From contig OZ316891.1 of the NCBI GenBank assembly GCA_973895155.1, positions 1,169,324-1,233,323 of the forward strand: a stretch of 64,000 nt of DNA. The letters are read 5' to 3'. The stretch is from Marsupella aquatica. Taxonomy: Eukaryota > Plantae > Marchantiophyta. The notes below the pieces were generated by a model that was not told the origin of the DNA, did not search any database, and saw only the letters and a list, made by a program, of their open reading frames with translations. Positions 50,866 through 64,000 of the stretch are shown here, piece by piece. Made by a program: the position numbers and the translations under genes. Numbering within the stretch: the stretch's first letter is position 1; each line of letters begins with the position of its first letter.

Positions 50866-53008
50866 GGCGCCACCCCGGTCCCGTGACTGTCCGTCGGCTG
50901 GGAAAACATTCCGCCGCGCCCGGCCAGTCGTCCCTCCTCGCCCCCTCGCCTGCCCGCCCGTCACTCGCTCCTCCGGCTCGCTCCCTGCTCTGCCACAGTC
51001 GCCCCTCGCCCCTCGCCCCTCGCCTCGCCCCGACTTCACCACTCTCGGCAGTCGATCCCACTCGCCAGTCCGCATCGCCAGTCACCAGTCGACTCATCGC
51101 CAGTCGCCTCTGGCCTCGCCTCAACTTGTGCCGGTAGACACTAATAATGTAAGACAATATCCACAAGACAACCATGAGGATGTTTACTATAATTAATTAA
51201 GGGATATAGATGCTCCGATGGGGTCCTTCTTGTAGCAGAGACACGAGCAGGAAACGACAATCGTCAGAGAAGCAATTTATTATTGTTGTCCATTCTTAGC
51301 GTGAGTTGATTGTTGGTGAGATCCCCGATTCTGTTGTTCTCGTTGGCATCATCGAGACCCTTTGGCCGTTGAAATTAGAACTCCCCGTTTCTGCGAGGAT
51401 TTGTTGATTCACCAACAAATGGTGTCTGGCATCAATCAACTCGAGAGCAAGATTTCAGAGCAGATTTCGTTGGAAGGATTGGAGAATTTTGGTGAGTCGA
51501 GACGGTTTCCAGATTTGCTCCTCCTCCTCCACTATTGCGCCGCCCATGCCCAATTTGAAAAGGACCTGTTTCTCTCGTCGGTCTGCCTCTTATTGAGGCT
51601 CTTTACTGCGAACCATGGACTTCAGGTTTGCTATCAGCTGGACTTCAGAATTCGAGCCAGGATTGGTATTACTGTGTGCTACTCTCGTTCTTCGAGGATG
51701 AATTGTGAGTGAGGGGCTGCAGCTGTCGACACTTCGCTCCCCTTCTCTTCATTGCATTTCGTGCGGTGAAAACTGCTGCAGTGAAGAGGAAAGGATGGTT
51801 GAATGGGGTTTTGGAGTTGACGAGCTTTGTTTAGATGTGTCTGATCGGAGCTACGTTTTGGGGTGGGATTGTGTATACATTATGCTTGCCAGTGCTTTGC
51901 AGTTCCTCAATTTTATTTGTACCCCCTCTCGTCTGCCGGTGCGTTGTAGATCACAGCCCCTCCACAAATGTGGTAATGGGGCAAAGTGGTCCGGGGATTT
52001 TATAGCTTTTAATTATCATGTCTGTTTTATGGGGCCACAGGCAAGGGTTGGGTGTTTTCACAGAGGAAGGGAAACCCTCACCATCTATCCACCTTGATTC
52101 GGGGTTGTAGTGATTTATTGTGGATGGAAGAATTCAGGGCCGATGTTTTCAGTTATTTGTTCCCTGCAATTTCTTTGTTCGCTGTCTCCTTCAGATGCTT
52201 GAATCCCGCTGCCTTTGACTCTAAACGTCCCTCAAAGAATTCCCCCTTTCGTTCGCCTTGGCTGGGCTCTTCAAGGTGTGGGGTCTCCCCTTTGCCCTTG
52301 AGTTTACTTAGCGTTGCTGTGAGCGTCAACCATGGACCAGGTGGTCTCCCGGCGACTCTTGCCTTCCTTACCGTTTTTTGAAGATCCGAATCTATTTCAT
52401 GTTAGCTCTCATTTTCCACGATTGATGTTTTTCTACAGTTCCATTGAGCCTTCAATGGTGCGTGGAGTGTCAGCACTTTTGTGCAATTCCTACCCAGTTA
52501 TTGAATCTGAGACGGCTTTCTGAGCTGAATTGCTATAGGACACCATTTTTTGCGAATTGGATTGTGGTTCTGGCCCAACTTGTGTCACGGTCTGCAGTCC
52601 TGATGCCTGCTGTGGGGTTAAACTGGATCTCTGAAATCCCCTTTGATCAAAACGTCGGCACACTGTATGATCTTTGTGAAAGCTTTAGGTTTATTTAATG
52701 CTCTCCAGTAGTAGGGGTTGGATTGTGGTTTACTAATTTATGATACTAATGTCTTGTCCCAACCATATTGCTTAAAATTCAAGTTCCTGTCCAGGATATA
52801 GAGTTAGTCCAGGATATAACACTAATGATATTCACGTCTTTGTTGAAAACTAATGGTTTCGGTCTTCCCTGTTCTAAATTGTAGGCATTCAAATGGACTG
52901 AGGAAGTACAATTGTAGCTGCCTCATCCAGGAGAGTGGAGACGTCAGTGTAGCGCAATTTACAAAACCATAGCATTCCAAGCAACGACCTATATGCACTC
53001 GGGAAAAG

Positions 53009-55248
53009 ATGGAAGAAGTGGCAGCTGCAGCTCCTATCCAAACAGGGGAAACAGGGGAAGAAGAGACACAAAATCGTGAGAATGCCGAAGCAAATGGTCA
53101 TTCATCCAGGGAGCACGCTTTGCTTCCAAATGGTGGCGTGGAAGAGCATGCGACAGTGCCCAAACCTCAACGCAAGTCTCCTGAAAACAAGGTACGGACA
53201 TTTGCACTCCAATGATATCCTCATTGTCCCTTTTGCTGGCAACATTCAAGGTCTGGGGTCAAGATTGGAGTTACCAGGTTGGCTTTGTATTGTCTTGCTC
53301 GTCCTCAATGGTTGATCTTCTTAACTGAGAGAATTTTTCTGTGGACGTTGCAGAGCCAAGAAACTCGGGTGGAGGCATATGAAAAGCAGTATGGAGCACT
53401 TCAGCAACAACGTCGGGTAATCTTCTCTGATCTTGTGAGATTTGTATCATGTACTTCTTGTGGATTCGGTGTGGACAGGTACTCTTGCAATTCCATGACT
53501 TCTTATTCTTAGTATTTGTAACCATCCAATGTTTCTATCTGATCCTATCTACTTTGGCCTGGAGCAACGAGATAAGGCTATAATGGAGTTAGCTGAAGAA
53601 AACGAGCAACTGAATAGATCTATGACATAGCTGAACAAATAATTGGTGATTGTGAACGGATCGTTGAAAAGATCAAACGACTACAGAAGTAGTCTTCAAA
53701 ATGCAAAGTCGTTTCTGAAAAAGGCACAAGCAGAGGTGACTTTCTTCTTCGGTCTGTATACATTGACAGAAATTTGACTATTCCTGGGAAACAAAGTAAA
53801 GGTAATCTAAGAATTTGCAACAGTATTGTAAAAGAAAGAGTTTTAGGATCTAATCCCAATGCCAGGAGTCAAGAAGTCAACATATGGACGTTGAAACCAA
53901 CAACAACAATCAAATAGAGACCAAAAAGGTATACATCAAAGCCACACACAGGAACAATAGAACCCAAAAAAGGTTGCAGTCAGATATCGGAAGCGTAAGC
54001 ATTTCGTACAGAATTTTTCTTTCAAAAAAGTGGGCAACACCTTGCAATGATACAAAGCTTTGACAATGAATTTAATCAAAGCGTAATCTATAGCTAATCT
54101 ACCCACCAGCATGTATCTTGTATTTCTACTAACCCAATGTCGGTGCATTGCATACTATTGTCAATAACAAGTGATGTTCAAGGGAAGTGTTCAACTGGAT
54201 CTGGCTTCAGAATGGTGTCCCTATTTGCTCTTCATCTCTTGTGGTCTGTGACTCATGACTGATGGAACAAAACTTCATAATGTCGCAAGTCATTGCTAAT
54301 AAAATAATGCTTTTGGACAGGTCGTGGAGGTCTATGGTGCTGATGGCCAGCATCGGCGATTTGCTGCGGGAACTAAGGCAGGTTTTGCCCTCGATAGAAT
54401 CAACCGGAGTCAAGCTGAGATGTCCACGCGGTACTCTTTCATAACAGCGGTCAAAGACGGAGAAGAAGGGATAGAATTTGGTCCCGAGGCAGAGCTTGTA
54501 AGTTATGGAGACGGATGGAAACTACAGGCTGTACAAGGTATTGTTTCTCCACTGACAAGAGTACTCAGAAAAAAGTGAATAACAGTTTCACTCTCCTTCC
54601 GGATTCGAATGGTGTCTTTTGCTTTCCAGTTTTCCACACTGATTGTAAGGTATGTTTTCGTAGTTCGTAAGAGAGGACCTTATCGAGAATCAGGAGGGAC
54701 GAGTAAAAATGGTGTGTGAGGGCACTCTTCCTCAAGTTATTGTGTCGCTACCTGTTAATTAATTACTATTGGTTTATATCTCAGAGCTAAAGGTCTTGAA
54801 ATCAGATTCATTCGGAGTGGAAGCCAAAGCGAATGACGAAATGAAGAATGTCAGCTTGCCTGTTCGAAAGGTAGGTTTGAAACTGTGCTCTATTATGAAA
54901 GGACTTGTTGAATTATTTTGCAAAGATACCCGCATATGATGGTTGGCAAGGCACTGCTGTGGTATACCTTTGTCATTCTAGAACCGATTTCATCTGTTTA
55001 GTAGAAACATAGATTACGTATCCATTCATGTGGTTTTAGCTCCTGCTGACCTACTTCTGACATATCTGTTTGATCTGCAGGACTTCAATCCAGCTGATTT
55101 CTACCCTGGAGGAATTTTGCCTGAATACTCTCCCCCAAAAGACGGCTGGGCCTACTTTTGGAATATTTCCACTCTGATAGGGATAATTTTTGCAATGCTT
55201 GCAATTTGGGTATATTTGTTAGAATCTCAATTCTTTCTAACGGCATGA
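53009..55248 (+). CDS. Conserved plant protein of unknown function with C-terminal transmembrane helix
   Basis: Exons 53009-53191, 54321-54537, 54785-54870 and 55081-55248 join in phase. Motif VVEV...RRFAAGTKAGFAL..IN...AVKDGEE.IEFGP...LVSYGDGWKLQ resembles a land-plant family; hydrophobic tail. Confidence 0.8.
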
Positions 55249-57512
55249 AAGATGGTTGTCATCCGATTTTCTTCAATGATGCCAGAATTATGTGTGCTCA
55301 CGCTGGGGAGAAATTATCTTGATCTATCCGGCTGACCAATCTCCACATGGGCCTTCAGTTTGGATGCGAGAAAATGACTTAGCACCTTTTGTAGAAAGGA
55401 ATTTAGAAGCCATGATTTGGCGAAGTCCTTCTAGTTCTAGAATTAATAAGAAACCGTCACGTCAGGGTATTTTATACCTGCTGCCTCATGGTGTCCTCGT
55501 AGCGGTTTTGAAGCTTGAAGGGTAAGCTAGTACCCTCGTCAGCAGAGTACAAATGACTCCTGGTACAAATGACTCACAATAACAATGCTTACTAGGGGAC
55601 CGACTCCTGGTACAAATGACTCACAATAACATCGGTCATAGTGAGTCATTTGTACATTAATTTCAAGAGCAAAAGTGTGCACCTCTTTGAAAGCAAATAC
55701 AGGGGAAAGGGATGATTGCTTGGATGTGTCCAAATAGATCAGAGAAGCGAACTTAACATTCATCTTTAATGAATAGACAACTTGCTGAAATCTTCTCATC
55801 AGACCCAGAGAGCTGGACATTTTGGTTAAGATGTCTTTTACGTACATTTTGCACTGGGGACCGAACTGTTAGACCCAATGCCTTCATGGTCATATTAATC
55901 AGGGGAACTTTTCACGCATCTTGATTGCAATTGAGGCTTGTCGGCCATACTAAGTCTCTACAAGGCAAACAACTCTTACTTGTGCATTTACTAAATAACA
56001 TATCTAACCTTGATCACGAACCTGACTATGCTTAGACTAACTAATAACTAGTTTTATATCTTGTATTTTATTTATTTCAAGATGCATTTTGATTGATCAC
56101 ACCGCTTAGTCATGTCTTTTAGAGGGCTTTCTTCTGGAGTAAATGCTCGTTGGAGGGCATTATCCTGTTAATTAAGGCAATCCTCCAGCAATATGGCAAA
56201 CCCAAGGTTCTGGTGGTAACCTCTGATCATAACTATTCTCATCTTTAAGTGAAATCTCTAAGTTTTGTATGTTTTTTCCCAACCTTTGAAGAGTCAGTCC
56301 TTATGGTTTTTTCTTGTGGATGTTGGTTAAGAATAAACACTATGGTACACTTAGAAGTCAATGAGAGTTGTCTTCTTAACCCACAACTCACCAGTTAGCG
56401 ACTGACTTTGAAACTTACTTTGGAACTTTGAGATGCCCTATTCAACGAGACGTGACGTGAGCATTCTTAACTTTGTGCAATCCCAAAGCCATCTTCTTTC
56501 TTGGGATGTAGAATTTCAGTACATCCTGTAGCTCGATTGACGTGCATTTCAAAACTATAATCGCAACAAGTCAATATCACCATAATATATCTTAGTTAGC
56601 TTAACTTCGACTCTTAAACATATTTGTGTTGTATTATTGCTCTTTCATTACCATTTCAGCATCTAATCATTGTCATTTCAATGGACATACTTTCACTAAA
56701 ACTGGTTCAGTGTGTACAAGATATTTTAGTGAAATGCTTACAACTGAAAGGTATTGGAAATTGTACTTGAAACCTCCACTAGTGATACATTTCTATGAAT
56801 GAATTCAACGGGAAATCTTGTCTCACTTGGCACTTATGCTAGAATATTGCTGGACTACAAGTGATATATTTGGATGAAATCTTGTCTCAGTTGGCAATAA
56901 TGTTAGAAAATCGCTGGTCTACCAGTGATACATTTAGATGAATGAATTGAAAGGTAATTCTTACTCTTTAGATTTAAACTGTATCTTCCACTTGTTCAAG
57001 GTTGTCCAAACTTTGTAACTCCTATATGTTAAATTTTGTGCATAAACCATACAACATAGTACTGATCCAACCAGCTTTAGTTCCAAACAAATAGGGTTCC
57101 TGGCAAATCCTAGTCACCCATCCTCAACCAGTTGTCCTATTTTATTCCTTTAGATAGAAAATAGATGCACTACATGGATGAGGAGGAAGCTCACCTAAGA
57201 AATAGGAGTTAGCCAATTGCACCTGACACTTTGTGGGGCCATTCAAATTCAATGTGCTAAGCCCATTTATATTTTTCAGCATTTAAATATTTTGCCAGTG
57301 AATGACAATACTACTGCCACTGCTTTTTAGTATTAATAATATTATCATGATTTTGCAATGTGGATACAATACAACTCACAAGGTTTTGTTAAAGGCTCAT
57401 CAAGTTTACCATGTAGGAAAACATGGCACTATTCTAGATAGTAGTGTCAATATTATAACTGTGCTGTTCACTGACCTGCCCCCTATCCACCCAAAATTCA
57501 CTATTATGTCTC

Positions 57513-57848
57513 TGTTGAGCATAGATAACATTCACAACGGTAAGTACATGACACATCCAATTCACAAGTGATCTACACAAGAGATATGTGGTTCACCTCC
57601 TCTAGGTTACGTTCACCGGAACACACAAGAGAGCTTTATTGAATTCTAAGCCCGTCAACCATACCAAGTCTCCACAATGTAAGTTCTTTTTATCTCTCAT
57701 GTGACTTCTTAACAATGAGCCTTAGTAGTCCAAGCAAGCATCGTTTAAGATATAGTATGCATTTTAGTTAACCTAACCATGTCTCTAACTATGATTAGCC
57801 TAACTATGGTTACATGCTGTAACCCTACGTAAGAGTAAATACTTAACA
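57513..57848 (-). mobile_element. Solo LTR, family A (more diverged)
   Basis: TGTTGA...TTAACA ends; flanks GTCTC / GTCCTC (degenerate TSD); homologous to the other family A copies. Confidence 0.85.
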
Positions 57849-57859
57849 GTCCTCAAAAC

Positions 57860-58195
57860 AAATTTATTTGTCAACCTGCCTAACAGGTTAGCAGCTCGGT
57901 TAGCAGTAACCCAACTAGCAATACCCCAATACAGGTTTCCTTCTGCCATGTGGCAAGGCATGAGTAGCTGAAGGTTATCCAGGCACGATCCAGTGCCATC
58001 TTCGGCTTGGCTTTTGACCTTCGTGCTGGCTTAGGGTTAGGCAACCTTCATGCTAGGGAAGAGGGAGCCGTGAGTGTGGATCTTGCCTAGTTAATCTGCA
58101 GGCACTGACGCCGTGCCATGTGGCAGCGTAAACCCTGTATTGGGTTCCTGCTAACCCTTATATGAAAAGTGGGACAGATGAGAAATAAATAAATT
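57860..58195. mobile_element. MITE-like foldback upstream of eIF3f
   Basis: GGTTAGCAG..CCCAATACAGG..CTGCCATGTGGCA is mirrored by TGCCATGTGGCAG..CCTGTATTGGG..CTGCTAACC. Confidence 0.6.
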
Positions 58196-58498
58196 CCCTG
58201 ATTTGAGACAAATGTAAGGGCAATTTAGTTAAAAAGAGTTCTTTCTATACCATCTTTTTGAGCTGGAAAATAGATGATTATGGTTCGAACTCATGAAAAG
58301 CCGTTATTAACGTAGAAGAAGCAATCTACTGTGCAATGTTGTTCTTTTTGGTTTGGCCAAGAAGTCGGGTGGAGAGGTTTTTTCAGATTGCTCGGATTTT
58401 CCATTGAGTGAGTGAGGAGGACGAAAAGCAGTGGCGGGCTTGTTGGGTGAGCGAGATCCATCAACTGCAGAGCTTGAAGGGAGAGACGAGCCTGAAGC

Positions 58499-60818
58499 AT
58501 GGCAGGAGGAAACACGGTGCTGCACATGCCCTCGGGCCCCACGGGAGTCGTGGGAAAGCTCCACCCGACAGTGCTGTTCAATATTTGTGACTCCTACATT
58601 CGGCGTAACGATCAGCAGGAGCGGGTGATCGGAACTCTACTGGGCTCAGTGTCTTCCGATGGCGCTGTGGACATCCGAAACTCCTATGCCGTCCCTCACA
58701 ACGAGTCCTCGGAGCAGGTTCTTGCCAAAACCCCTTGTTCCCTTCCGTTTAGGTCTTTTTTGTGGGGCTTTTGTCGGGCATTTCTACTCCTGACTGTCTC
58801 AAGGTTATCTTTTTGCTTGCACGGTTTGCTAGAAGACGATTTCATGTTTTGTGTGGGCGGAATATTTGCCGGAGCTGTCCAACGGAATGCCCACCGATGT
58901 TTAGGGTTTTGGCTCGTTGCCCTCTCTTTTAAAATTTTTCTGTCGTGTCATGGTTCTGCGAAGTCTGTGTGCATCACAGCTACCTGACTTCCAGACAAAT
59001 GTGATGTTGGCCAGTGCCTTTCGTTACAATTTTTGAGCCAGAGTATTGTTCGAATCACATAATTACCTATAAACCGTAGTGCCCTATCAAATCCACCTGA
59101 CTCGTAGACGAATGTGATGTTGGCCAGTTTGTTTCTGGACAATTATTTATAGCCAGAGTAATGTTCGAATTATGTTATTGGCTATAAACCCTAGCGTCCT
59201 GTTCTCCGCCGGTTCTCTGAGTGTCAACCTATTGAGGAGGCTAAAATTCGGGTATGGTTTCTGAATGCCTGTATCTGAGAATTGGTTGTAATTCGCCCAT
59301 AGATCCCGAAATACCGTCTCTGTCCTGGGCTTTATTAGCACAGTATTCGTGGACCTCATCTGTCTCGAATTCCAGCGGCCTCTTTCTACCAGGACCGTTC
59401 TTGACATTGTACTAATTCCGGGCGAGTGGATGTTGGTGTGGAATCCTCAGGTGGCAGTGGATATCGATTACCATCGGAATATGTTCGATCTCCATCAGCG
59501 TGTAAATGCTAAAGAAGTTATAGTCGGATGGTATAACAGTAGCTCCGTACCTTATCCATTACCTCGCTGGCATGTCACGGCTCAATTGTTTCCCAGCAAA
59601 GATGTTCGGTTTTGCATACCAGTTTTGTCTTACTTTCCGTGGGGATTGAATTTACCGTGTACAAGAAAGTATCCGAGAACGCCTATGACTTGGTCATTTG
59701 TATGCCTTTGGGTTCCAGCTAGAATATTGCGGTTGCATGCGGATGCAGTCACGCTCTTGCTGGTAAGGTAGTAGGCCCTCAGAGCTCAAGGAGAAGCTAA
59801 TTTTCTCCTATTAAATCTCAGGTACTCCACAGGTGCTGGAGTGAGTGGCAGTGATGCCCTTATCCAAGACTTCTATGCGCGTGAAGCTACCAATCCTGTG
59901 CATCTCACAGTTGACACAACATTCTCCGATGAGAAGGCCTGTATCAAGGCTTATGTCTCGACCAATCTAACGCTGGGTGACCGACAGCTGGCTGCTCAAT
60001 TTCACGAGGTTCAACTCGATTTACGTCTCATTGAGGCCGAGAGAATTGGCTGTACGTTGCAAGTCACAAACATTCATATAGGCGGTGATATGTGTCTTCG
60101 TTACATAGTTTCTTAGGAGCCCCCAAGATGGTGGTGTTGCTCATTGACCAATTTCTTGAGATTATTCAAGCTAGGTGTTTTGAGTTACGAATCGGAAGTT
60201 GTGATCTGGTGCAGTTGACGTATTGAAAAAAACTGTGGTCGATAAACTTCCCAATGACTTGGAAGGCTTGGAAGGAACCATTCAAAGGTTGCACGCGATG
60301 ATTGATACAGTCTCCAGATATGTCGATGATGTGGTGGTATGTGGTCCATAATTCGCCTCAAGTTCATTGCGTTCAGGAGTTTGGTTTGATTTTCTCAGAG
60401 AGATTCATCTTGCTCTTGCTGATCCCCTATAAATCTCCTTGGATGGCAGCAAGGTCGTATTCCCCCAGACAACACAGTAGGCCGATATCTAACTGACACA
60501 ATGGCAGTAGTGCCAAGGATTGCTCCAGATGCCTTCGACAAACTTTTCAATGACAGTGTGCAGGTAATTTAGCGTTTTTCTATAATGTTCAGCAATTGTC
60601 TCATGGCTTGCTGTCTCATCCAGGTAGTTTTCAAAGCAGAGGTTTCGGCTATCATCATTGCTGCTACATGTACATTTTGACGCTTGGGACGTGTGCTAAT
60701 ACTTTACTTCTTTTTGGGAAATGTGCAGGATGTGCTTTTGGTGTTATATTTGGCAAATTTGACTAGGACACAGCTCACTTTGGCCGAAAAGCTGAACACA
60801 GCTGCACAAATAGTTTAA
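58499..60818 (+). CDS. eIF3f: Eukaryotic translation initiation factor 3 subunit F (MPN domain)
   Basis: Approximate exons 58499-58717, 59451-59530, 59822-60051, 60215-60336, 60453-60563 and 60729-60818; LHPTVLFNICDSYIRR..RVIGTLLGS..NSYAVPHNES, EVIVGWYSTG, YLANLTRTQLTLAEKLNTAAQIV. Confidence 0.96.
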
Positions 60819-62784
60819 AGAAATTCTTGAGTTTAATCTTCAATTGGATATTGTCCGCTAGGTGCAATTATTGAGCTCGTGTAGATCTTCGTCAACGGTG
60901 GGAGGGAAGAGAGAGTGGGGGAGGATGGTTGCGGTTGTTACCGAGATTCTCGGGACGTTGTCTAACAAATTGTCCTTAGTCTTTTGGGATGATGCGTCTT
61001 CAGAGGGACGTATTGTGGCTGGCATAAACATTTATGCTGGCAGAGAGCTGATTTTATATTTCACGGCTGGAGAGTTTAATATTGTCGATCTCTCACAGTA
61101 AGGTTCAAGTCTTAGATCTTATGGTCGAGGGCGAGAACCCCAGATCGCGAAGTTTGTGTAGGTTTTTTTGTCTTATAGGAAGGTGCTTACCCCACAGTAG
61201 AGCATGTCCAGGTAGTTCATAGTGATTTTAGGGTGTCCAATTACTTCCGCAAGGACATTTTCGCTTCGTATGCACACGATCCAAGGCTGATAGCAGCTTT
61301 CGCTCTTTTTCAACTTAAGAATAGCTCACAGATTTCTCGGTATAGCATTTTACTTGGGGATGAGTAGTCTTGGTAGTCTGGACGAGTTTTTGGGGAGTTT
61401 TTGGGGAGTTTTAGATCTTTTCACCTAGATCCGTGACAGTCATTGTGTTCCACTCAATAAATTGGTTGGGGGATTACATAAATTTTGACGGGCCTCCACA
61501 CATGTTTACGGACAATGTCTAGACTTTCATTCGTGTGCTCGCAGAATGTTAGCACGGTTACGAAGGAAACCCGTTGATTTGCTCTTGACCATTGGAGGAG
61601 TGAATTTTGGACCAAGATTCTACCTCAACTCGGGATGCATCTCAGGTGTGCGGTTTCTGAGGGATGGGCCAATTTTCACATGGCTGAGACTTCATGTCCC
61701 TAGGGAAATCCGTTCGATACGCAAGAAGAGAGGTTACTTGTTCGTAAGCAAGCCCTGACTGCTAATCTGGAGGATTCCTACCACCCAGCTGTACAATCGG
61801 AAAGGCTTGCGTTCAAGTCTTGGACCAGAAGTTGTATTCCACGAGAAACAGTAGACTTCAGCTTAGGATCCAATTCAAATGTTATTGGGTAGCGATAGGG
61901 CTCGTAGGTAGGTTTCGCTGGTCGTTTAAATTCAATCCTGGGAACAGATAGATTCCAGCGTAAAACCCTGCTTTAGCATTCGAATGCATATCGACAACAT
62001 TGTTGAAGAAACGCTCCTGATCACACATCACGCCCCACATCACTCGTCGTCTCACCCAACCAAACCTCACGCAACGTCGGATGAGTGCCCACATGAAAAA
62101 TCCCTAGCGTACCATCTCCACCTCCAGCTATGACGTAGACTCGCACCTGCTCCATCCAGAATCGTCTCCCGTGTCAGCCGAACTGCACGGTGTGCCCCAG
62201 TTGTCAGCTTTTCAGAGAGATTTGTAGTCTGTGAGCAGAACGCTGAGCTTGGGGAAGATCTAAAGCTTGTTCCAGATGTTGCCAGATGTTCGGATTCACA
62301 CAATCCCCCTTCGTTGCCATCGTCTCTTTCCAGGACGGCACTGCACTGGGCTCTCCGTTGGGCTGATGGAGATTAGTGTAGACGGCCTTTTGAATGGAAC
62401 GGGGAATGGATTGAACTTGCTGAGTATGTTCTTCTGTGGCTTTATCACTAGAGCTTGCTCTCTGGCTTCACTATGGCGTATTACTGAAAACACTATATCA
62501 GCTGGAAAGAAGGAACTTCTTCCAAGCTTGGCAACCAATGCTGAATTGAAAACTGTTTGGCATGGTGTAATGATGTCACTCTACTTTTCGAGTTCCAAAA
62601 CTGCTTCCAGAGGGGTCCATTAAAAGAAAAACACAGAATTCCATCCAATTCCAGGAGCAAAGAATCATATTAATGTTTTTATTAATGATTACCTTAGATT
62701 TATATTACTGTGTCTTTTTTAGGAATCCGAAACCCATGGACCACATTTCCCAAAATCTGAGTTAAAATTTAATAACTTGATATG

Positions 62785-62987
62785 TTTTCCCCTCTGCGAT
62801 TTCTAATAGAATTTTCATCAAAGATTGCAGCAGGGAATAATCACAGATTGCAGAGATGGATTTTCCCCTTTGCAATAGGGTTTCTGGATATGCTCGAGGA
62901 GTAGGTAAAGCTACACTTCCATCAAAGTGAGAGTGATTTTTTTGCCATTTTGATTGAGTTTTTCATCACAAATTGCAGAGGGGAAAT
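62785..62987. repeat. Short inverted-repeat element (MITE remnant?)
   Basis: TTTCCCCTCTGCGATTT versus AAATTGCAGAGGGGAAA, with internal partial copies. Confidence 0.4.
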
Positions 62988-64000
62988 TCTATAAGAATAA
63001 TTTTCATTGTGTTAACATGAAATAGGTGGGTTTGTGTGCTTTTTCATGTCTCCTCCTTCTAGTAGGTGCAACACAAAAACTCATTTTAGTAATCATAATC
63101 ACCAAAGTTAGGGCCCCACACTCCCATGGACCACCAAATTGTGGTCCACCCTACCGGTGCTTCAGTTTCATTTTGTAGCTTCTTATTGGTTGATTTTATT
63201 CACCCAAATGCATGAGATAGCAAATACATTACAACTTTCTTGAGGATAGTACTTATCTTCAATGCCATAACAGAATTTATGAGGAATGAATGAGTCTAGC
63301 TAGCATCTTTAATGTAGTAGTGGTATACACTGATTGAAAATTACCCAAAATTAAAATAAGACTGAAAAAAAACTACTGAGGGGATAACAGATGTTACAAA
63401 CAATTATAGAAAACACATATCTTTGTGATTGATAGAATAGCTGCTGTTACAATATATTTGAGCCAAAGTGGGTGAATTGTATAATATGATTTGAGCCTTA
63501 AAGTGAAATATAAAAATTATTTTGTGATTTTAATAGACAAAAGGAGGTATATACAGGAAGAGGAAGGGCTTCCAAACTAACCACTACACACCTTGAAACC
63601 TGGCTTGCTTTTCTTGGGGCCCTTTCCCCTCTTTTCCTTTCCTTCATAGGGTTTGCCGGGCTTGGCATTTTTTGCCCTTGGGCACTTTGATATATATATT
63701 TTTTGCCTCATAATAACTTGCAAAGGTACGATGCTGCCGTGTATGCTGTCTTGATCTGAACAAGTACCAGGGTATCTACGGTACTGTACGTTAATGTTGT
63801 GGCAACCAAGCCAAACCAACTCTTCCTCTGGTACTCTGGCATATACACTTATATATGGGGGAGCCCCTGTTTAATGCTAAGGCTTATCTTGCATGTAGCT
63901 GGCCCTGAATTGTTCAGCGCATAAAACTCCATAGACTGCCTGGAAAAAGGTGTGCTTGCTCGTTGCTGGGTAGACATTTTGTAGGGGCACCATGCAGGGA

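Noticed and set aside
18743-60818. Functional cluster of RNA-metabolism genes (RNase III-like, URT1, eIF3f)
   Set aside because: Interspersed with unrelated genes and TEs; no evidence of co-regulation.
61990-62170. Minus-strand VIAGGGDGTLG resembling a diacylglycerol-kinase GGDG motif
   Set aside because: Lies in a ~50-codon frame bounded by stops with no other DAGK motifs; chance or an unidentifiable relic.

Overview
Eukaryotic nuclear DNA from a land plant, most likely a bryophyte (inferred from gene content and intron style; not provable here). Seven intron-containing host genes can be spliced by hand with consistent GT-AG phases: a LORELEI-like GPI-anchored protein, a mitochondrial zf-DNL/Hep1 chaperone, an 11-exon divergent RNase III + dsRBD protein, a group C TEY MAP kinase, the TUTase URT1, a conserved plant membrane protein of unknown function, and eIF3f. 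Between them lie solo LTRs (three with perfect 5-bp TSDs), copia remnants, MITE-like foldbacks and many tandem duplications. The main find is an apparently intact ~3.2-kb Crypton-type DNA transposon at ~46091-49308. It encodes a two-exon ~601-aa tyrosine recombinase with a K-x-x-R variant of the H-x-x-R motif, has no RT, carries a 118-bp hairpin at its left end and has a split 10-bp inverted repeat. Cryptons are known mainly from fungi, animals and stramenopiles. Also notable are the organelle-targeted-looking RNase III with a degenerate signature and a large insertion, a 900-bp duplication within the URT1 disordered N-terminus, and a possible H/ACA RNA. All family assignments come from motif recognition by eye; no database search was run.
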